From positions 32,001-96,000 of IMG/VR virus record IMGVR_UViG_3300032292_000618: DNA of 64,000 nt. One strand, 5' to 3'. Positions 59,963 to 64,000 of this stretch are shown piece after piece. Positions within the stretch are counted from its first letter, which is position 1, and the number at the start of each line of letters is the position of its first letter. A program made the translations under genes and the position numbers. The stretch comes from a virus (Duplodnaviria; Caudoviricetes). The notes below the pieces were generated by a model. The model did no database searches, had not been told where the DNA came from, and was given only the letters and a program-made list of their open reading frames with translations.

Positions 59963-60753
59963 CAGATACTTCTACAGTAAAAAAGAAACTTAAAGGAATT
60001 GGTCCTATTCTTTGGATCAATCTTGATACTGAAACAAACAGACAGGACCACATGAATAGTCTGTTTGATTTTTATGGAATAGAAAATACTAGAATCTCTG
60101 GAATTGATGCCAGAGGAGATAATGATGTAACTGATCTTCTAGTTGGTAAATTTCCTGAGTTATTGACTCAAGGAGAACTTGGGTGTACTATGTCTCACCT
60201 AAAGGCGATAAAACATTTCTACTTTGAAACACAATTAGATCACATTATTATATGTGAAGATGATATTGTATTTGATACAGTTCCTTACTGGCCTTTTACA
60301 TGGGGTGGGTTTATGGCTTCTGCACCTTATGACTGGGATGTTTTGCAGTGTGCTATTACTAGCACTAAAAATCTAAGAGCAAATCTACACCCAAGACTTA
60401 TAAATGATTTCTGTGCAGCATTTTATGTCATAACAAGACATCATGCAAAGAAAATAATTACTAATCATTGTAGAGGAGACAAATATAGGTTAGATCAAAA
60501 AATAAAACCAAGAGCAACTTCAGAAGAGATTATCTATAATTCTGGCAGGACTTACTCAATGCCATTATTTACATATAGATATGATTTTGAATCTGGAATT
60601 CACCAAGATCATATTGAAGTTTTTCACAAACAAAACGTGGAAGGAGTGTTAAATTTTTGGAAAAATAGACAACCATCTATGGACTCTAATAATCTTTTAG
60701 ATTATGAGTACTATGGATTCTGGGAACCATTAGTCCATGCTATAGATCCTTGA
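59959..60753 (+). CDS. GT25 glycosyltransferase
   Basis: WINLD, GELGCTMSH, CEDD. Confidence 0.85.
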   Translation: MTDTSTVKKKLKGIGPILWINLDTETNRQDHMNSLFDFYGIENTRISGIDARGDNDVTDLLVGKFPELLTQGELGCTMSHLKAIKHFYFETQLDHIIICEDDIVFDTVPYWPFTWGGFMASAPYDWDVLQCAITSTKNLRANLHPRLINDFCAAFYVITRHHAKKIITNHCRGDKYRLDQKIKPRATSEEIIYNSGRTYSMPLFTYRYDFESGIHQDHIEVFHKQNVEGVLNFWKNRQPSMDSNNLLDYEYYGFWEPLVHAIDP

Positions 60754-60796
60754 CAAAACTTAATGGATCATATATAATATTGTAATGTTTCTTAAC
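60750..60796 (+). promoter_or_regulatory. Sigma70 promoter with an HLR1 (RpaB)-like site at the start of the hli operon
   Basis: TTGACA-N17-TATAAT; minus strand of 60779-60796 reads GTTAAGAA-AC-ATTACAAT. Confidence 0.6.
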
Positions 60797-60804
60797 AATT
60801 TTAA

Positions 60805-61014
60805 ATGACTGTAACAACTAATGAGTATGGGCAGCAAAACATGTTTGCTAAAGAACCTGTTATGTATATCTCTGATGCTGATGCAATCAAGTATGGTATG
60901 ATGACCCATAATGAAAGAGCAGAACTTGCTAATGGTCGTTGGGCAATGATGGGCATCATTGCAGGACTTGCCTCTTATGCAATCACTGGTAATCTGTTCT
61001 TTGGTCTTGCCTGA
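60805..61014 (+). CDS. hli: High-light-inducible protein
   Basis: NMFAKEP, AELANGRWAMMG. Confidence 0.93.
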   Translation: MTVTTNEYGQQNMFAKEPVMYISDADAIKYGMMTHNERAELANGRWAMMGIIAGLASYAITGNLFFGLA

Positions 61015-61100
61015 TGACTGAAACAATCTTTACATTTACAGGGGTTGCATTTTTGGTGCTTTTGAGTTATGCTGTAGAGAAGGTCTGCGAAACTTACTGA
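61014..61100 (+). CDS. 28-aa single-TM peptide
   Basis: TGATG overlap; MTETIFTFTGVAFLVLLSYAVEKVCETY. Confidence 0.55.
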   Translation: MTETIFTFTGVAFLVLLSYAVEKVCETY

Positions 61101-61264
61101 TGAGTGCTGGAATGCTTGGGCAACTTAGTCTTGCCCTTCAACAACTTATAGAAGATGGTGCCTGGTCTACTGATGATGAACTTAAAGTTTGTATCGCAGG
61201 CACATTAAAAAAAGACAAATTTATTGTTATTCAAAACACTACTAAAAGAGGACAAACAAAATGA
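61100..61264 (+). CDS. Small hypothetical protein (54 aa)
   Basis: TGATG overlap; MSAGMLGQLSLALQQL... Confidence 0.55.
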   Translation: MSAGMLGQLSLALQQLIEDGAWSTDDELKVCIAGTLKKDKFIVIQNTTKRGQTK

Positions 61265-61380
61265 AATTCGGATGGACACCTGAGGCAGAGATTCTTAATG
61301 GTCGCCTTGCTATGCTTGGTTTTGTAATTGCAGTTGGAACTTATTTCACAACTGGGCAAATTATTCCTGGAGTATGGTGA
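61261..61380 (+). CDS. hli: High-light-inducible protein (39 aa; missing from the ORF track)
   Basis: MKFGWTPEAEILNGRLAMLGFVIAVGTYFTTGQIIPGVW. Confidence 0.93.
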   Translation: MKFGWTPEAEILNGRLAMLGFVIAVGTYFTTGQIIPGVW

Positions 61381-61562
61381 AACCCTAACAAAAATAAGCA
61401 ATAATACTTATCCTCATTCTAAATATGAGTGGGGAACATTTATATTTCAAATGATAATAGCAGAATTATATTTTACAATATTATTCTCTATTATAATAAT
61501 AAAAGCAGCATATACAAAATAGTTTTATATCCTCTTCTATATACAGGAGAGGATTTTTTATT

Positions 61563-61715
61563 ATGCCTAGAAATCAACTAACAAAAGAAGAAATTAAAGT
61601 TCAGGTAGAGAAGTTAAAGACTGAACTTTATAATGAGAAAACTTTTGAGTCAAAGGATCTTGCTCATAAGTATCTCAACAAAGTCTTAGACAAGATTGGT
61701 GAATATTTTTCTTGA
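61563..61715 (+). CDS. Small hypothetical protein (50 aa)
   Basis: MPRNQLTKEEIK...AHKYLNKVLDKI. Confidence 0.6.
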   Translation: MPRNQLTKEEIKVQVEKLKTELYNEKTFESKDLAHKYLNKVLDKIGEYFS

Positions 61716-61767
61716 TTGGTGTGGGTGAAGGTATCAAAATCTAAATAGGGTAGTTGTCAAAGATATA

Positions 61768-62463
61768 ATGAAAATAGATCTTCATAACTTCTTTCTACAT
61801 TTTGATCCAAAGAATCCAAAGCATGTTGCAGCAGTAGAGCAACTTGAAAAAGATTTGGAACAAAAGCAACCAGATTTGATTCAAGATGAATCTAATTGGG
61901 TCAAAATTTTTAGAGAAAAAACACCAGTTCCTACACATACTGGAGTTTTATCCGTTCCATATTTTCCTCAAACTGATAATTATAGAGATGCAGATAGAAC
62001 TTGCAACTCTTCATCCTGTGCTATGTGCCTTGAGTTTTTAAAACCAGGAACACTAAAAGGGGCAAAGGGAGATGATGCCTACATTCAAAAAGTATTTGCA
62101 ATTGGTGATACAACAGATCACTCAGTTCAAACCCGTGTTCTTGAGGGTTATGGTGTTAAGTCATACTTTAGTTACAACCTTTCTTTTTCTGATCTTGATA
62201 AGAGTTTATCTATTGGAAAGCCTGTCGTTATTGGCATTCTGCACAGGGGTTCTCTTTCTGCACCTACTGGCGGGCACATGGTTGTAGTCATTGGTAAGAA
62301 AGGTAATGACTATGTTGTTAATGATCCTTATGGTAGTTTGAATGATGGATACACTGGTGCAGTAACCAATGGCAAAGGTGCAGTATACAAGAGATCTGAT
62401 TTAACTCATAGGTGGTTAGAGCACGGTAAAGATAAGACTGGTTGGGGAAGAATCTTTAAATGA
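61768..62463 (+). CDS. C39-like cysteine peptidase (endolysin-associated)
   Basis: VPYFPQTDN, RTCNSSSCAM, GGHM, NDPYG. Confidence 0.85.
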   Translation: MKIDLHNFFLHFDPKNPKHVAAVEQLEKDLEQKQPDLIQDESNWVKIFREKTPVPTHTGVLSVPYFPQTDNYRDADRTCNSSSCAMCLEFLKPGTLKGAKGDDAYIQKVFAIGDTTDHSVQTRVLEGYGVKSYFSYNLSFSDLDKSLSIGKPVVIGILHRGSLSAPTGGHMVVVIGKKGNDYVVNDPYGSLNDGYTGAVTNGKGAVYKRSDLTHRWLEHGKDKTGWGRIFK

Positions 62464-62924
62464 CTTTAAAGGCAGGAATAGATTTAATTAAAAAATTTGA
62501 AGGATGCCATCTTAAAGCATATCCAGACCCACTATCTGGTGGTCTTCCAATCACTATTGGTTGGGGGTCTACTCGTAAGAAGAATGGGACACCATTTAAA
62601 CTTGGAGATACCATTACTCAAAAGGAAGCAGATGAATTGTTGATTGCTCAATGTGAGAGTCAGTTCTTACCAGCACTTTCTAAAATCCCATATTGGAGAG
62701 AAATGAATGACAATCAACGCGGAGCACTTTTATCCTTTGCTTACAATCTCGGTGCTGGCTTTTACGGGGGAAGTAACTTTAATACTATCACTCGCAACCT
62801 TCGTGAGAAAAATTGGACGGCAATTCCAAAAACATTAGAGATATATCGTAATCCTGGAAGTAATGTTGAGGTGGGATTATTGAGACGTAGAAAAGCAGAA
62901 GGAAAACTTTGGTCTACACCATAA
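62460..62924 (+). CDS. GH24 lysozyme (endolysin)
   Basis: IKKFEG, TIGWG, ALLSFAYNLG, GLLRRRKAE. Confidence 0.92.
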   Translation: MTLKAGIDLIKKFEGCHLKAYPDPLSGGLPITIGWGSTRKKNGTPFKLGDTITQKEADELLIAQCESQFLPALSKIPYWREMNDNQRGALLSFAYNLGAGFYGGSNFNTITRNLREKNWTAIPKTLEIYRNPGSNVEVGLLRRRKAEGKLWSTP

Positions 62925-63255
62925 AAGGTTTTGCGATTCCCTCATTTATCATTCTTTCATTAACTGTAACAGGTTCTCCGACAAGATAAAGAGTTCCAAG
63001 AATTCTTCCATACTTATCTTCCTTGAATGTTTCAATAACCCATTCACCTTTTTTGGATAATTCAGTTTTTAACCATTCCTTTGCCACTAATCCCTTTGCT
63101 TTTTCTTCTAGGTTTAATGTCTTTGTTTCGGCAGTATTAATACCTTTAAGACGAACTCTTTGGGATATTGTAATTCCAAATCCTAAATCAATATCTAAAT
63201 CAACAGTGTCTCCATCAACGACCTTGTTGATTTTTTTTATTTTGTAGTTATACAT
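62914..63255 (-). CDS. Thermonuclease (SNase)-like protein
   Basis: VVDGDT, RVRLKGINTAE, DKYGRILG. Confidence 0.88.
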   Translation of the reverse strand: MYNYKIKKINKVVDGDTVDLDIDLGFGITISQRVRLKGINTAETKTLNLEEKAKGLVAKEWLKTELSKKGEWVIETFKEDKYGRILGTLYLVGEPVTVNERMINEGIAKPFMV

Positions 63256-63365
63256 TATTCTTTAGTCTCCAAATATGCCAATCTTAGTATGTAGTAAATG
63301 CACCACATAGTAAAAACTAAACCTGATCCAAGAATTATACATACTCCCCAAGGAAAATTATTCAT
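63255..63365 (-). CDS. 36-aa single-TM peptide
   Basis: MNNFPWGVCIILGSGLVFTMWCIYYILRLAYLETKE; overlaps both neighbours. Confidence 0.55.
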   Translation of the reverse strand: MNNFPWGVCIILGSGLVFTMWCIYYILRLAYLETKE

Positions 63366-63555
63366 CCCACCCCTCTTGTCTGTGTATCCATATTTTTAAA
63401 TCTTTTACATATTTTCTTAATATTTGTGCTTGTTCTTCGTGCCATGGATTTCCTGTTTCCATTCCTATCCTTGTATGATTATCTATTGCTTGTAGTATTT
63501 GGTGAATGGGTTTGTTCCAACATTCACGATTGGGAGTATTCCACTCTCTTGGCAT
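63358..63555 (-). CDS. Conserved hypothetical protein
   Basis: MPREWNTP...AIDNH. Confidence 0.6.
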   Translation of the reverse strand: MPREWNTPNRECWNKPIHQILQAIDNHTRIGMETGNPWHEEQAQILRKYVKDLKIWIHRQEGWDE

Positions 63556-63561
63556 AAGACC

Positions 63562-63666
63562 TCATTTTTTCTTGCCACCATTCTTTGCTTTCTTAGCAGT
63601 AGCATTCCCTTGATTTTGTTTGGATCCATTAGATCCCTTCTTGCCTTTATTTGGCGACTTAGACAT
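63562..63666 (-). CDS. 34-aa lysine-rich peptide
   Basis: MSKSPNKGKKGSNGSKQNQGNATAKKAKNGGKKK. Confidence 0.55.
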   Translation of the reverse strand: MSKSPNKGKKGSNGSKQNQGNATAKKAKNGGKKK

Positions 63667-63712
63667 TTTTAATTTATCTAATAATTAATATTTATCTTTT
63701 AGCAAATGCCAG

Positions 63713-63741
63713 TTGACAAGGCAGCAGTGACTTGTTACTAT
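63713..63741 (+). promoter_or_regulatory. Sigma70-type promoter
   Basis: TTGACA-N17-TACTAT. Confidence 0.7.
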
Positions 63742-63763
63742 AAGGTGTAACATTGGTTAAACT

Positions 63764-64000
63764 ATGAAACTTTTTGGAACTGCCATTGCTGGCATTATGA
63801 TTGCCACCAGTCTTCTTCCTGCTTATGCTGGTGATGATGATAGGCGAAATCAATCTAACAACACTAATACCAATACCAATACCAATACTAATAATAACGA
63901 TAATAGTAACAGTAATACCATTACTTCTAATGGTGGTTCTTCTACTTCTACTTCCACCCAAACTACTTCTAATAATCTAGGTGGGTCTACGAATACTCTT
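63764..64000 (+). CDS. Secreted N/T/S-rich protein, 5' part (runs off the window)
   Basis: MKLFGTAIAGIMIATSLLPAYA signal peptide, then NTNTNTNTN repeats; no stop before 64000. Confidence 0.7.
   Translation, partial: MKLFGTAIAGIMIATSLLPAYAGDDDRRNQSNNTNTNTNTNTNNNDNSNSNTITSNGGSSTSTSTQTTSNNLGGSTNTL

Noticed and set aside
61328-61522. 64-aa ORF in the track
   Set aside because: Overlaps the true second hli (61261-61380) in another frame; TTG start; no features
63746-63761. TGTAACATTGGTTAAA as a second NtcA site
   Set aside because: The right half is TAA rather than TAC, and no nitrogen-related context supports it
63692-63961. Minus-strand 89-aa hydrophobic ORF
   Set aside because: Antisense shadow of the NT-repeat secreted protein, which has a promoter and a signal peptide

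Overview
A 64 kb, AT-rich segment of a T4-like cyanomyophage (Kyanoviridae-type, probably infecting freshwater picocyanobacteria). Nearly all genes lie on the + strand. In order, the window holds: (1) head/tail morphogenesis genes gp17-gp18-gp19-gp20-gp21-gp22-gp23-gp3; (2) recombination/replication/late-transcription genes uvsY, uvsW, gp55, gp47, gp46, gp45, gp44, dam, gp62, regA, hsp20, gp43, uvsX, 2OG-Fe(II) oxygenase, gp41, mazG, a nuclease-methylase pair, primase gp61, nrdA and nrdB; (3) an accessory region with a glutamine riboswitch, a GIY-YIG nuclease, a secreted lysozyme-like protein, tRNA-Gly, a cyanobacterial porin, tRNA-Ile(UAU) and a repeat RNA array; (4) a 12 kb, 15-gene GDP-fucose/glycosyltransferase island; (5) two hli genes and a lysis module. 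Most notable non-coding signals: an NtcA box + glutamine riboswitch + 26-aa peptide cassette that copies the architecture of host gifB; a 25-bp identical promoter-plus-leader element in inverted orientation at 15.8 kb and 44.2 kb, bracketing the replication block; a ROSE-like thermometer on hsp20; and tandem pseudoknot repeats behind tRNA-Ile. Several late proteins, including two nucleotidyltransferase-fold enzymes, carry T4-type capsid-targeting N-termini. All calls come from motif recognition by eye; no searches were run.
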